64,000 nt of DNA, from the NCBI GenBank assembly GCA_016748015.1, contig JAAOMT010000128.1:751538-815537 (forward strand), given 5' to 3'. This document shows, piece by piece, positions 25,060 through 38,300 of this stretch. Every line of letters begins with the position of its first letter. The stretch's first letter is position 1. A model generated the notes under the pieces. It was not told where the DNA came from, did no database searches, and worked only from the letters and a program-made list of their open reading frames with translations. Source of the DNA: Geosiphon pyriformis uo1. Taxonomy: Eukaryota; Fungi; Glomeromycota. Both the position numbers and the translations under genes were made by a program.

Positions 25060-28055
25060 ATGTCGATAGTAAGACGCTTAGGAAGAAGGCGAGAAGTTGC
25101 AGTGGACGTGCATAGCGAGGACGAAGACGATTTAGAGGTCGAACAAGGTGTCCTAGAGTTGAGTGATCTATCTGGTTCTGAAGCAAGTTTTGAGGACTCC
25201 GATGCTGAAAGTGAATTAAGCCAAAGCGAAGGGGAAGAGGATACTTTGGAAGAGATCAGTGAGACGAAGGAAGAGCCACCCATCATTGATGTTAAAAACA
25301 AAAGCGCTTCAAGTAGTGGTGAAAAGCAACCTTCTCAAATTAACATAAAAAAGAAAATTAACTCACCTCCAGAAGACGGCAATACATCCTTAGAGATAAG
25401 TTATAAGATACTTCAAAATAAAGTGACAAGAAAAAACGGGGAAGCGATCACCTTCCCAAATGGGATCCTTGGATTATCCAAAGGTGACATACCTAAATCT
25501 TCGAGAATAAGTGTTGATGATGGTAGTTTCGATGAAGATTTGGATTTACCTAAAACTCAATCCAATGGAGTACCTGCCATTCTCGAAAATAAAGAAAACA
25601 TCGAAAATGATTTAAATCAGGAATTTATATCAGAAAAGCCGTTGACCGCATGGCAAAAAAAGATGATAGCAAGACAAGAGTATCGCAAAAAGCTAGTCGA
25701 AGATCCTGCCTTCGTGCCACACCTTGGTGAGTTCTGGGGTCATGATGATCGATTTATGGCAGATGGATTGAAGAATGACTTTGAGAAGCGTCGAAGAAGG
25801 CCACAACTACCATATGCACCAAGGTAAAATTTGCACGAACTTTCATGTTTAATATGCTATTTATTCATTGAATTTTTACTAAATTTGGGATTTCTTCAAG
25901 AGGTAAAGGTGTTTGGGGCAACTCGCCTCCAAATGGTCGTTGGGGTCACGATGGATTTGAGGAATTAATGAAATTGGAGGAACAAGAAGAAAAACATAAG
26001 AGAGAAAGTCAACGGCATTTCCACAATCGGCGTGGGTACGAGCCGTTTACTCATAATGTAGGTGAAATTGATCACCAGAAATCACATAAATTTATTCAAT
26101 GTTTATATCTAATTCTTTTTGTTAAACTGTAGGCTCCACGTCGTCTTGCCAATTCATTTAATAATAGGCAGATGCCCCCACCATATCCCATTAATCCCAA
26201 ACGGATTCCAGACCGCTTTTTGAATAACTCACCTTCATCTCATAATTCAGATGATAATGATAAAGAAAAATTCTCATTTCCCACAACAAAATCACATAAC
26301 GAGGAGAAACTTATTCTTGGAAAAGAATTCCTAAGCGATAAAGCTACTCTTACAAATGTTCCACAAGATAACGGTCCTCCAAAGACCAACAATAACGAGA
26401 GGGAAAAGAATTCTGAAGATTCTCGGAAATCTTCTAGGACACGAAATGGTATAAATGAATACTCGGGGACCCCACCAACACGTCATAATAATCAAAACTC
26501 ATGGGGAAAAGGCTTCAATTCAAGAGGGCGCCCATCAGGTTACGATAAAAAGTCGAATGATTGGGGTTCTAGCAGTGTTAATAAAAATACCCATCGTTTC
26601 ACTGACGAAAGCGGGGAAACAAAATCCAATGACTGGGGCTCTAGTCATTCACGTAGAAATCCTCCAAATCGTTTCTCTGAAGAAGGTGGGAAAAATCGCC
26701 TGCGGCTTGAAAGTAAAATTCGCCGGTACAGTGACCCACGTAGACGAAACTTCCAACACGACAATACTGTTGAATCTGTTCTTGAAAAAGACACCTGCAA
26801 ACAAGAAGTTGACAAGGACAATGATACCATCCAGAGTGAAATTTATTATAGTCAACCTGAAGAGAAGGATACTATTTTAGAAAAAGCTAACAACGATATC
26901 CCAATAGAATCTAATCCTCTCAATGAAGATGATCTTATTAAAACACATATCAATATTGGATCATCATCGTCACCTTCACCCCACACTCAGGATCTTGTTC
27001 TGAGCACGACTCAAAATGAATTAAACGTTGAATCTCAATCCGATTCAAATGCTCAAGTAATAGAACCTCCTAATACCAAAGAAGAAACCAATAATATTTT
27101 AGAATCCTCTGACGATGAGGAGTCTGATATAGAAATAATTATGGAACATCAGGTTATTTTAAGGCAACATGGAGATGGTATGGACCACACTTTGAATATG
27201 GACAATTCAAATGGGTTAATAAAAGCTGAACTAGTCAAAGTACGAATTAGTTCACCATCAAGTGATGAACCAATAGACTTTTCGCATTTGAAAAGTGAAT
27301 TAGCGGCTGCCAATAAAAATAGTCTGGCCACAAAAGCCAAAAGTATTGAAGAGAAAACTCCTGAGAATCCTTTGCCGACACCCCATCCACAATCAAAAAG
27401 ATATTCGACGCGGCGTATAGCTGTTCCCTCTTCCTCAACATCAGACCTGAATATGACATCCCAAGCAACCAAACCAAATGATTCTCTATCCCAGCCGATA
27501 AATACACGGGTGACTAGAGTTATTCCCGCCTCAGGTATTTTAAATCTGATCAATACTTGGCCTTACAGCAAATTATGTATTGTATTGTATTGTTATTTCT
27601 AAATTTGAAATTTTAATTTCTCATTATTAGCCGTGTATGCCGCTCCATTCACACCCCGAACTTCTGTTGTATCACGTGAGCCTAGTAATTTTAATGTTGT
27701 AGAAAATGAGCAAAAGAATGATAGCCACAATTCCGAGTATGTCGAAAAAGAAACTCGTTTATCCTTGGCTTCTGGTGAGAACAATAGCGCATCTTCATTT
27801 GCTGCACCGTATTCGCCGCCTCAAACTATTGCATCGCCGATGCCATATCCTACCGAAGAAAATGGAGTCATGTGTTATTATGATCCTAATATATATCCTC
27901 ATTATTATTATTATCCAATGGAAGGTGCCAAAGCTCCGGTGGAAGGCTCCTATGCTCCACAACAACCTCAGCCACCGGATGCCAACCTTGCTGGCTCATC
28001 TTCACCCGGTAACAATAATGGTGGTTATTACACGTTTTACCCAGTTTATTATTAA
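25060..28055 (+). CDS. Btz (Barentsz/CASC3/MLN51-like) domain protein, exon-junction-complex associated; about 4 exons
   Basis: Acidic N-terminus; DPAFVPHLGEFWGHDDRF and, after an intron, RWGHDGFEEL (Btz/SELOR motifs); low-complexity Pro/Tyr-rich C-terminus. Confidence 0.8.
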
Positions 28056-28388
28056 TAACGTGATTCATAACATCCCTCGAATCTTTGTATGTTCTTACAA
28101 AGTCGGAAAAAGAAAGGGACCATGGCGCTAAATTCGCTTTGGTAGGGGACTATGGGTGGTGTGGAGAAAAACATTGGTAGCAGTTGAGTTTTGTAGCATC
28201 ATCGCCTTCGTCATCTTCATCATTATGTGTCTTCAATTTAAATATTGTGCTTGATTTTCATTGGACGTAAGACATATACGTCATATGTATTATTATAAAT
28301 TATTAAAAAATAAGATCAAAAGATCATCGCCTCAAGGACATTCAATCTAAACACTTGATTTCGAAAGACAGTTTATTGTCACAAGAAT

Positions 28389-29035
28389 ATGTTGCAAGTC
28401 TCCAAAATTCCTAGACTATATCAACCGTTGAAAGTACCAAAAACTGGGTCCGTAGCGACGAGCCTTCGATTTGTTGCTAATATCCGCAAAAATTTTCTCA
28501 AGGAAGCGTGCTCTGAAACTGTAGTGGATGATGATGGGATGGTAGGATTTATTTTAAAGACTCCTTATTAAATTAAGTTCAGATGTTGTATAACTCAACC
28601 TAATTGAACTTTGTTGTATAGCCCAAAGAAGCCACATGGTCAGTGAAAGCACTTCTTCCACCAATATCCATATCAAACAATCTGCCAGATCACACTCAAA
28701 ATCACGAAGAAATTGACACTGAGCAAATGAAACATCTATTTCGTTTGTGTAACTTACGTGTCCCACAATCATCCCAACAACTCAACATAATCAAGACTGA
28801 TATAAATCGGCTGTGTCACTTTGTCCGACATATTCAAGAGGTGGATGTTCACGATGTACCACCGATGAGAAGTACTTGGTCAGATAATTTGGGCGTTGTC
28901 TTCCGACCTGATGATGAGACATTTAGTTTTTCGGAAGTCGAAGACGAGCAAGCCGGAAGAGAGCTCCTGAAGAGAGCCAAGGTGACAAAAGGGGATTATT
29001 ATCTTGTTGAGATTGGATCAAGTGACAAGCAATGA
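28389..29035 (+). CDS. Mitochondrial Glu-tRNA(Gln) amidotransferase small subunit (GatC/GatF-like), 2 exons
   Basis: Basic presequence-like N-terminus; intron ~28542-28621; PTWSVKALLP, HLFRLCNL, DINRLCHFVRHIQEVD..DVPPMRS, ELLKRAKVTKGDYYLV. Confidence 0.7.
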
Positions 29036-29490
29036 TACAAAAATGAGAGTTATAAATTGATATAACGTAACTTAAATTTAGGTGAGGTCTACCTCTTAAT
29101 TTACTACGCTAAGTTCTATCAATTGTTTTTGACTTTAACTTTCATCATCTCACTAATTATCACATTGTAAGAATTGCTTTGAGATGCTAGTCTTAAGTTT
29201 TAGGGATTTGCCAGGATAATCAATGAATTAATTTTTTGTTTGGATCCAAATGAAGCGGTGCAGTAAAAATATGTGAATTTTGAAATTTTCCCATCCACAA
29301 TTTTTTAGAGAAATTTAGAATGTTCATAACTTTACAATGATAAAAAGAAATGGGAAACTAGGCCGTAGTTAAAAAGCATATCTTAGATAACTCTGATTTT
29401 TAACGCTGATTGATTGTTAAAGGCAATCAGTTGTCAATATTTTGCTAATTTTAGCACCGTGCCCTATCAAATTTTACGCACTATCCTAAG

Positions 29491-30970
29491 ATGTTTTCCT
29501 TATCATGTCGAATTCTATCTGCTCCAATCTTCACTGTTTATCATTCCAAAAATATCTTAGTTAAGCGTCACTTTTCATCGTCACCTTCAAAATGGCTTCC
29601 AGAGTATCCTACGGTATTTGTCAATCAGCTTTTGAAACGTGAAAGAAACCCAGTCTTTTTCGACCTCAGAAGTGATACAGGTAAATTTGAGATTATTGAA
29701 AATTTGATTGTAATAAACAGCAAATATGAAATGATGCTCTTTGTTATTAGAAACACGTCCAACAGATGAAATGTTTGATGTGATGCGCGCTGCTTCACGC
29801 GGTGATGATGTTTATGGGGTAAGTTATAAAATGTAGACAGAATCAAAGGAGTTTTACCATTTTAAATTTTTGTCTAGGAAGATGAATCAACAAACGATCT
29901 TGAAGCCTACATGGCTGAACTTACAGGGCATGAAGCGGCTCTATTTGCTGTATCCTCAACAATGGTATCATTTGTCTGGATCTGTGAAATCCCATATCAA
30001 TTTGCCCAACCCTAATCTCACTTCTACCTAGACAAATCAACTTGCGATCCGAGCCTATCTGGCCCAACCACCGAATTCGGTTCTTCTTGATGCCTCATCA
30101 CATATTTATAATTGGGAAGCAGGGGGAATTGCATCTCATTCCCAAGCCCTTGTAATTCCAGTGGAAGCAAAAAATAAAGAACATCTTACAGCTGTAGAAA
30201 TCGAATCACGTATGATCTTGAGTGAAGATTTCCATTGTGCTCCTACACGTTTAATTTGTCTTGAAAATACACTCGATGGAATCATTTTCCCTCTCTCCGA
30301 AATTGAAGCGATTTCTAAGTTGGCGCGTAAGAACAAAATAAAATTGCATTTGGATGGAGCGCGATTATGGAACGCTTCAGCAGAAACTGGTATCGAATTA
30401 AAGGAATACGGCCAGAATTTTGATTCCATCACATTGTGCTTATCGAAGGGTATCGGTGCCCCGATTGGCTCAGTTTTGGTAGGAAAGGCAAAGTTTATTA
30501 GTATGGTGAGACATTTACGGAAAATGTTTGGTGGTGGGTAAGTATATTCATATTTTTTATTTGATATATATCAATTATTATTAAAGTACTATATCTATCC
30601 GTAAAGTTGGCGACAATCAGGAAGCTTAGCTGCAGTGGGAAATTTTGCAATTAGACATACCTACCCAAATCTAATTAAAGAAACACATGTTTTTGCGCGA
30701 AAACTCGCAGCGGGACTTCAAAAGCATGGTATAAAAATCACACGACCTGTTCATACAAACATGGTTTTTATAGACACAACACCAATGAATATTTCGATTG
30801 AAGAGCTAAGGACTAGATTGGAAGAGCAAAATATCTTGATCAGTAGTGACACGGAGTTCACAACAAGAATAGTCTTGCATTATCAGATAACCGAAGAAGC
30901 GATTGACAAATTTCTTGATGTGGTTGCCAATATTACAAAAAAAAACTCCTCGCTTCTTCCACCGTTGTGA
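29491..30970 (+). CDS. GLY1: Low-specificity L-threonine aldolase (PLP), with a probable mitochondrial presequence
   Basis: DLRSDT|TRPT, GDDVYG|EDES, SSTM|TNQLAIR, LICLENT, HLDGARLWNA, CLSKGIGAPIGS (PLP lysine), RKMFGGG|WRQSG, TNMVF. Confidence 0.92.
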
Positions 30971-31010
30971 TGTTTGAGGTTGTGCCAAAATTTGCTGAAA
31001 AACTGTAGAA

Positions 31011-32292
31011 TCATAAAAAAAATCTTCTCCGACTTGTCTCCATATCGGGCTTATCATTAAACAAAAGTTAATAAATCTGCCGTTTTTTGAATCCAAAGAT
31101 CAAATGATATACCCAAAATTTACCTGAAAAAGCCATTCATATTCACCATCCTTCTCAAATGCACCTCTCTGTAACCATTTCAGTTTAAGCGTGAAACGAG
31201 GACCAAGTTCTTGCAAGTCTGCACGCTCCTTATTCCTAAATACATATCTAAAAAAACAGTATCCAGCGTGAGAAAATTTTATAAGAAACCAAAGAATAAA
31301 GCTTTAATACCTATGGCGTCTAAAGAAAATGAAATCCCGTTGGTTGTGGAAGGTAGCTACTTGTCGCCCTTTAAACTCAGGTACGTGAGGAAAAAGTGCT
31401 TGAAACCAACGTCCAATCGTATGACCTAAACGAGTATTGAAATTGTTGAGAATAAGTTCTGGTTTATGGGAGGAAGAACGCCCATGATCCTAATTGTAAG
31501 TTTCAACTGAATGAGATTAGATCCAGATTTTGAATGGGAAAAAAATTGAACTTTTTTTATTACTTGAATTTCTTTACTTCGTTTGATGCTGCTGAGCTTA
31601 AAATAGGCGGTGGGTCCGTTCGGCAAATGTATTAAAGTTATTGCATCTAAATTGAAATTGGTAAGAATTATTAAGATCTTTAGTTTGGAATATTTACAAA
31701 ATATGTAAATAAAAAGCTTACTAGGTGTTTTTTTATCTTCATTGACAACCATAACATCTGTGAACTCGCGATTAATACAGAAATCCACAATTTGTTTAAT
31801 AGTGTATTGTTTCACACGTCTCACAAATTGGCTATTAGGAAATACATCGACTAATTCCTCTGCGAATTCATACACTTGTTTCGTAGCACCCGAGCTGGTA
31901 GTGATTAAAAGTTTAGGAACAATTCCCTCGCGAAAATATTGAAGGAACTCATCATTTGCTTCGTCCTCTAACACTTCTTCGTCGTCTGACACGACTATGG
32001 TTTCGTCATGTTCTCTTGTGTTTTCAAGAGTTTTTGGAATGTTTTTTGCAAGACGTTCCTACTTCAAAAAAGAGAAAGCATGTAGTGAAGTTGTTTTTAA
32101 TCGAAAAGAAAGAAACAAAGTCCAAGTGAATTAATAGAAACACACTTTCTTTTTCTCCGGATGTTGCGCCTCGTCATTTCGCCTTTGTTTCCTCAAAGCT
32201 AATTTTCGGCGAATTTTCTCTTGCTGCTGCCTATTATGAACTTCTTCCCGTTTTATTTTATTTTTGATTTGAGAAGGGATTTTAGAGGCCAT
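31011..32292 (-). CDS. RPF1: Ribosome production factor 1 (Brix domain), multi-exon
   Basis: [93 protein letters not shown]-terminal [10 protein letters not shown]. Confidence 0.93.
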
Positions 32293-32459
32293 ATTTTTCT
32301 AAGCTCGTGCTATGGCAAAAAAATAATAGAATTAGCTTTTATTTATATATTATATGAGCGATTATATATACAAAAAAAATCAAATATAACAATTTAACTT
32401 TTTTGAATGATAAAATTTTATTGTAAATCAAAAATTATTATATAAATTTATCAATACTC

Positions 32460-33075
32460 CTTTTTCCTATTTTTTATGACCATAACCAAAAGCAAGGAGT
32501 AAAAAAGAAGTAATTACTATTTTCTCTATAGTTTTTAAAAATGTAATTATTCAGAAAGTTCTCTTAATTATAACGGCAATTAGACAAAGCATTTTAGAAG
32601 TGCTTTTTTTAAGTAATTTTAAAACAAACCAGTTTTTAACTATTTAAAACCATTTTATTTGTTTTCAAAAAACATATTAAGACTATTTTTAATGTTGTTA
32701 TTATTATAATAAAAAGTCCCACTACTATTTAAAGCCAAAACAGCAAAAAAAACAACTTATTTTTTTTCTTATTATTATTGTTATAAATTTTTTTAAAATA
32801 CCAAAAAATAATATTTTTTTTAATATTTTTAAACCATTTTTATTGTATTAAAGTCTGTTTTGTTTGGTATTTTTATTAGTTTTGTATTTTTAATATTAAA
32901 TATAATGCTTAATTTTGTTTTAACTATAAACAATAATTTTTTTTAGCTTTAAATAATATCAATTTATCAAGTAAAATTCAACTATTATTTATTATAATAC
33001 AATAAAATATATGTTTTAAAATAAATATAATCTGTTCAATTTTAACATGTAATTAAATATTTAGCCAATTAAAAC
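32460..33075. mobile_element. Eroded X 5' fragment (+, 32477 onward) abutting a minus-strand LINE/X 3'-tail fragment (~32935-33075)
   Basis: ATGACCATAACCAAAAGCAAGGAGTAAAAAAG resembles the X start. aattcaactattattt...acatgtaattaaatatttagccaattaaaac is the reverse-oriented shared tail. Confidence 0.5.
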
Positions 33076-34336
33076 AATAAAACTCTTTGTCTTCTTAATT
33101 TTATGATCACAACCAAAACAAAGAGTAAAAAAGCTGCACCTGATATCTGTCCTGAGATATCTAATAAAATTTCAACCAAAAAAGCTCTCTCTGTTGTAGA
33201 AGCAACTAGACAGAACATTTTAGAAGTCTTTTTTTTACCCAGTAATTATGATAAGTAGCCTTTGGTAGCCACTGAAGCAATTTCTTTATCTTTGGTTGGT
33301 TTCTCATCAGTCAAAGTTCCCTCAAAAAGACACATTTGAGTTAGTCCCAATATTGCCTCCACCCCAACTAAGAGCCCAAAAGTTTTTAATAATAGACTAG
33401 TTAACAAGCTGGTTTTCCTCTTCATAGCTTCTATATCTGGTGTTGCTAGCATTTCTTCTTTAAAAAAAATGGTCAAAAAGACCAAAAGTTCAAAAAAGTG
33501 AGAGCAGTTACTTGCCTCTACTATTATTACACCGAATCCCTTTGTGGTTCCTAATAGATCTTAAATGAAATCTCCATAGTATCATCTGACACATCATTCA
33601 AGATGGGCCAAGATTAACCACTGGCTGTATTGCTAAATATGGTGTCTTTTGGCAGATCTTCGCCAGTTCTAGAAGCAAAACAATCTCCTTCTGTTGGGTC
33701 ACCTGTTCTTGAGAACTGGGCTGATCAAATCGAAACTGAATTATCTCCTTCTCCTGTTTCTGGTGCTATTTCTAGTAGTGTTTGAGAAACTATTTCTAGT
33801 CATCAAAAGTTTGCTGGGTGGATGGTCTCCACTCTGGTGTCTGGTACTACTTTTAAGATCAAATTGGCTTATGTTAAGGCTGTGTTTTAATTAATACATG
33901 ATTTCTTGGGTGCAAAGTCAGTATTAAAAGACAATGTGAAGCTGTTTTGTGTAAAGTTTGCTTCCCAAAGTATTTTGAATGCTGCTTTTCTGATTGAGCT
34001 TACAAGCTCTGTTCACTTTGCTTCTCTTAAAATTGCCAAGTCTTTGGTGGTTTCTGAGTTTGGTTCTTCTCCTGCTGCTGTTGCATTATGTGATGTGCTC
34101 CTGAGTATGTTTGCTGCTAATATTAAGTCAGCTCTTAGTGTTTTTGGTGAAGTTTCTCATGTAGTGCTGAAGTCTACTGGTGTTTGGCAATATGTGATTG
34201 TTTACTTTAAAGAATTAGATACTGCTGTTTCTGCTTTTAATTACTGGTCAATTTTGGTGGACAAAGATAGTGTTCATATTCTTTTTCTTATTAATTAAAA
34301 TGAGACAATTTTGTTTCATAATCAGTTCAAGGCCAA

Positions 34337-35310
34337 TGTTACCAGACGAAATTAGAGATATTATTTAGCATAAAATTATCTTATAATTCCTATCATTAAT
34401 TAGCATCGTTTTAAATTATCACTTATTACATTAGCAAAAATGTCCGAAATTATCATTTAATTAATAACCCAAATTGTACACAACACAAATGTAACCTAAT
34501 TGCGATAATCAATCATGTAATACCCCGAACTATGTAACATTCAAAAGTTTACTGAAATTTATAGAAATTTGTCGAAATAATTAATAGTTCACCGAAATAT
34601 CTAATAATTCACAGAAATAACTTGTAGTTCACCAAAATGTATCTTTAGTTCAGTGAAATTGTAGAAAATAGCAAAATTCAAGTTTATAGAATAGTGTTAC
34701 GACAAGTTGTATAAAAAAAGAGCTTCTCTCTTCAAGAAAATATATTTTACTTTAGATTTAACAATTAGAATCATTCTTTACACACAAAAACGAAATAAAT
34801 ATCAAATAATTCAAAAAATCAAATCCTAAATTATTTCACTTTTAAAATTAACTAATTCCTACTAAACAGTTTGAAATTGATTAGCTACCAATTTCAGTAA
34901 ACTGTTAGTAACTCCAGATCTGGATAGAAAACGTTTCCCTTGACAGAAATTCTATTTCTTTTACATTTCTTTTATTTTTCTTTTATTTTCTTATTACAAT
35001 CATTAGGGTAGCCTACAGATGAGATTCCTGTAGAAGAGTTGACTTTTACAGCAAAGTAACTACACATTTTTAGTGAGCTTCCAGATGAGCAATTCCTGGG
35101 AAAGAGTTGACGTTTACTACAACATAACTACATAAAAGCAACTGGCAAGGAATTGGCCATTCCACTCATAAGTCCAGCAGCTCAAATTATAGGAGATAAT
35201 TTGAGGATAAATTCAGTTATCGGAGGTTCAAACACTTCCCATAATCATAAATTAACAGCATTACAACAAACATACAAGAGCTAAGAAGAGACCAAAAACC
35301 TTTGGTAACA
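34337..35310 (+). repeat. 5' LTR of element A (974 bp)
   Basis: tgttaccagacg...tttggtaaca, near-identical to 54485-55458; differences are mostly transitions. Confidence 0.95.
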
Positions 35311-35312
35311 TT

Positions 35313-35330
35313 TGGTGCTCTCCCATAGAA
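35313..35330 (+). promoter_or_regulatory. Primer-binding site of A (TGGTGCTCTCCCATAGAA)
   Basis: 2 nt after the LTR. The reverse complement TTCTATGGGAGAGCACCA fits tRNA positions 59-76 (C61, CCA end). tRNA identity not determined. Confidence 0.8.
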
Positions 35331-35355
35331 ACAACACAGCAAAAACAACTTCAAA

Positions 35356-38300
35356 GTGGCGACTACACTAAACACAACAACTCTAGAGTATTACCAATCA
35401 ATTTACACCCACTGCAAGCAAAAATTCAACATTCCAGATGGAATTGAAATTGTCAAGAAATCAGTATACCAATACATTGAAAACCGCATCAACAATTATC
35501 TTTTTGGAAATTACAATATCTCAGAAGTTAGAAGCAATCTTTACAATAATTTAGCACACTATTCACAGTTGGAAACTGAAGACCTTAACAGTGAAACACT
35601 TGCCACTTACTTTCACGAACTTAATTTTAACATTATCAAATACTGTGAAGAAACATATCCAGTGCAGTCTCAATACACTATTGATNNNNNNNNNNNNNNN
35701 NNNNNGAGAAAATACTTTCTTTTTTTTTTTTCAACCTGGTGCTTGCTGCTATCACCAGTTGGTGTTGGCTGCTATTGTGAACTGGTGCTTGCCACTATCA
35801 TGAGATGGTGTTTGCTACTATGTTAATCATTACCTTTCTAAGATTATTATTGTGCTATATTATGATTGAATAATTTGTATTATTTTTATGATTCTTTTTG
35901 CTAAATTCTTAAACCATAACATTATCCCCTCCTTTCAAGATTGAGCTCCGTCGAAATCGAAGTTAATTTCTTCATTAAATTCTAAGTTACTATAGTGGTT
36001 CAATACTGTGTTATTAATTTGTTGTTGTAATTCTTGAAATTACGAGTTGGTAAGTTGTCCAATACTGTTGGTTGTTATTATGTTCATGGTTGGGTCCAAC
36101 AATAATTTGTAACAGTTTTCAAATGCTTTGAAAATTCTGTAAACTGTTTTTGAATGGAATGTAGTGTTGGTTTTTCCAATGAAAGGTTCTAATAATTGGA
36201 TAGTTGTTTTGTCAAACACTCTAGTTGAGTCTTTTGAGTATAATGTTTGTATGTTCAAGTGCTTTCCTAGTTGATAATAACAGTAATTAATTGGGAATTT
36301 CATTTTCAAGTTGCTAAATGTGTCTGGTGTTAATTCACTTATTTCTATTTCTTCCATTATTAATGTANNNNNNNNNNNNNNNNNNNNGTGAAACACTTGC
36401 CACTTACTTTCACGAACTTAATTTTAACATTATCAAATACTGTGAAGAAACATATCCAGTGCAGTCTCAATACACTATTGATTTTGAATCAGAAACAGAA
36501 ACAAGCAACAAAGGCAAAAACAAATTGAAGCAATACTCAAAAACCACCCCAAATACTTCAACACTACCAAAAACAACTGCCAACCATTTACAAACACCTG
36601 AACAAGGAACCAGTTCAAAACTTCCACTTATTATCACATCTTTTCCAGCTTCACTTGTACAAGCACAAACACTTAATTCACCCTTGAATTGATTTGCAAG
36701 ACCAGAAGATTTTACATCACTCAGAAGTCCCACCAGACAACAAGAACCCCTTCAAACTAGTTCTAATCTCCTTGATTTTCTATCTGAAAATCAAAGTGAA
36801 CACTCTGAGACAGCAGCAAATAAAGAAAACAACTCTGAAATAACTGAAGAAGAATTAATAGACAGTGAAAACAAAGAAGACGAAATGACAACATACATCG
36901 CAAAAATCTTTGAATTCAATGGAGAAGATATTGAGACCAGTCCCCAAGAATGGCTCGACCAAGTTACTAAAGCTGGAGATGCAAATAGATGGAATGTTGC
37001 CAGAATGTTAAGAACAATTCCCTACTTTCTCAAAGGAACAACAGGAGAATGGTTTGAAAACGGCTGCTCCATTCAATGATTGGAATGCTTTCAAAGCAGC
37101 CTTTCTTGAACAGTTCACCGACAATAATATCTCTATCACCCTTCGTAATCGTTTTTGAAATATCAAACAAGAACCCTCCAAATCTGTTATGACTTATATT
37201 GGGAAATTCAACAAACTTTTCAGACAAATTCGCCAACTCGAAACAAACAATTATTATTCCAATGCTCAAATCTTGGATCAATTTATCACTGGTCTAAAAG
37301 ATAAACTAATTAAAAAGATTTGCCCACATGTGCCAGAAGATTTAAACTCTGCCATACAGCATGCAAAAAGATATGAAATGGCCATAGAAGAGACCAATTG
37401 CACAAAACTTGTAAATTTGGCAATTAAAGAAACCAGCTCAGCAGCTGAGGAAAAAATTGACCAATTCACAAAGAAGGTTGAAAACTATTTCACCAATCAA
37501 CAACAACAGCAATCCCAAAGATATCAACCACCCCAAAGACGAAATCAAAATAATTTTGCACCACTTTCCAATAACCAGCCTCAAAATTGCCATTACTGTG
37601 GAATCTCTGGCCACTGGAAAAAAGATTGCAGAAAGCTACAACAAGACCAACAAAATAGGAATAATCAACATTACTCTCCACCATAGCAATCTTATTATCA
37701 ACTGCCACCACCAGCTTACTATCCACCAAGACCCCAATACCAAAATAACTATTATCAGCCTGCCTCACAGCCAATCCAACAGCAATACCAGCAACCGCTC
37801 ACACAACATTATCAAGTACCTGCTCGAAGACTGTTTACACAGAATCAATTCACACCACAAAACCGATACCAAGTAAACAACAATAGAATCAGTTCGAATA
37901 ACCAATTGGTTCTTCGAAATTCCACTCAACTAAGACCCAACCACTATCTCACTCAACCCAGTTATTTAACAATGCCAGAAGAACAGGATTTTCATTATAC
38001 TGCACCCTCGGAAGGTAGAGCTGCAGCACAACAACAAAACTCTTCCTATATTCTTACCACAATCCCACCAGCCAGAATCGCTAAAAATGCTAACTTTTCA
38101 GATATATTCCCTTTTGAGTTCGAAGCAAATGAGTTATCATCTCTGCTTAGCAATGCAGCTGCCAATGAACAAAAAGCAATCACGGCTATGTACACTGAAG
38201 CAGAAGTCGAAGAAAAGACAATTCGCTTGATTCTAGACAGTGAATCCGCCAGAAGCATTATCACCTACCAGTTAATGCAACAGTTGAAGAGAAATGTCAA

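Noticed and set aside
11439-27553. Many short antisense or alternate-frame ORFs in the ORF track (e.g. 11439-11714, 15099-15416, 27149-27553)
   Set aside because: They are shadows of real exons and show no independent motifs.
35706-36367. Apparent additional B-family insertion inside the gag of A
   Set aside because: It is bounded by N gaps on both sides, has no TSD, and the flanks overlap by an exact 95 bp. A scaffolding artefact is the most likely explanation.
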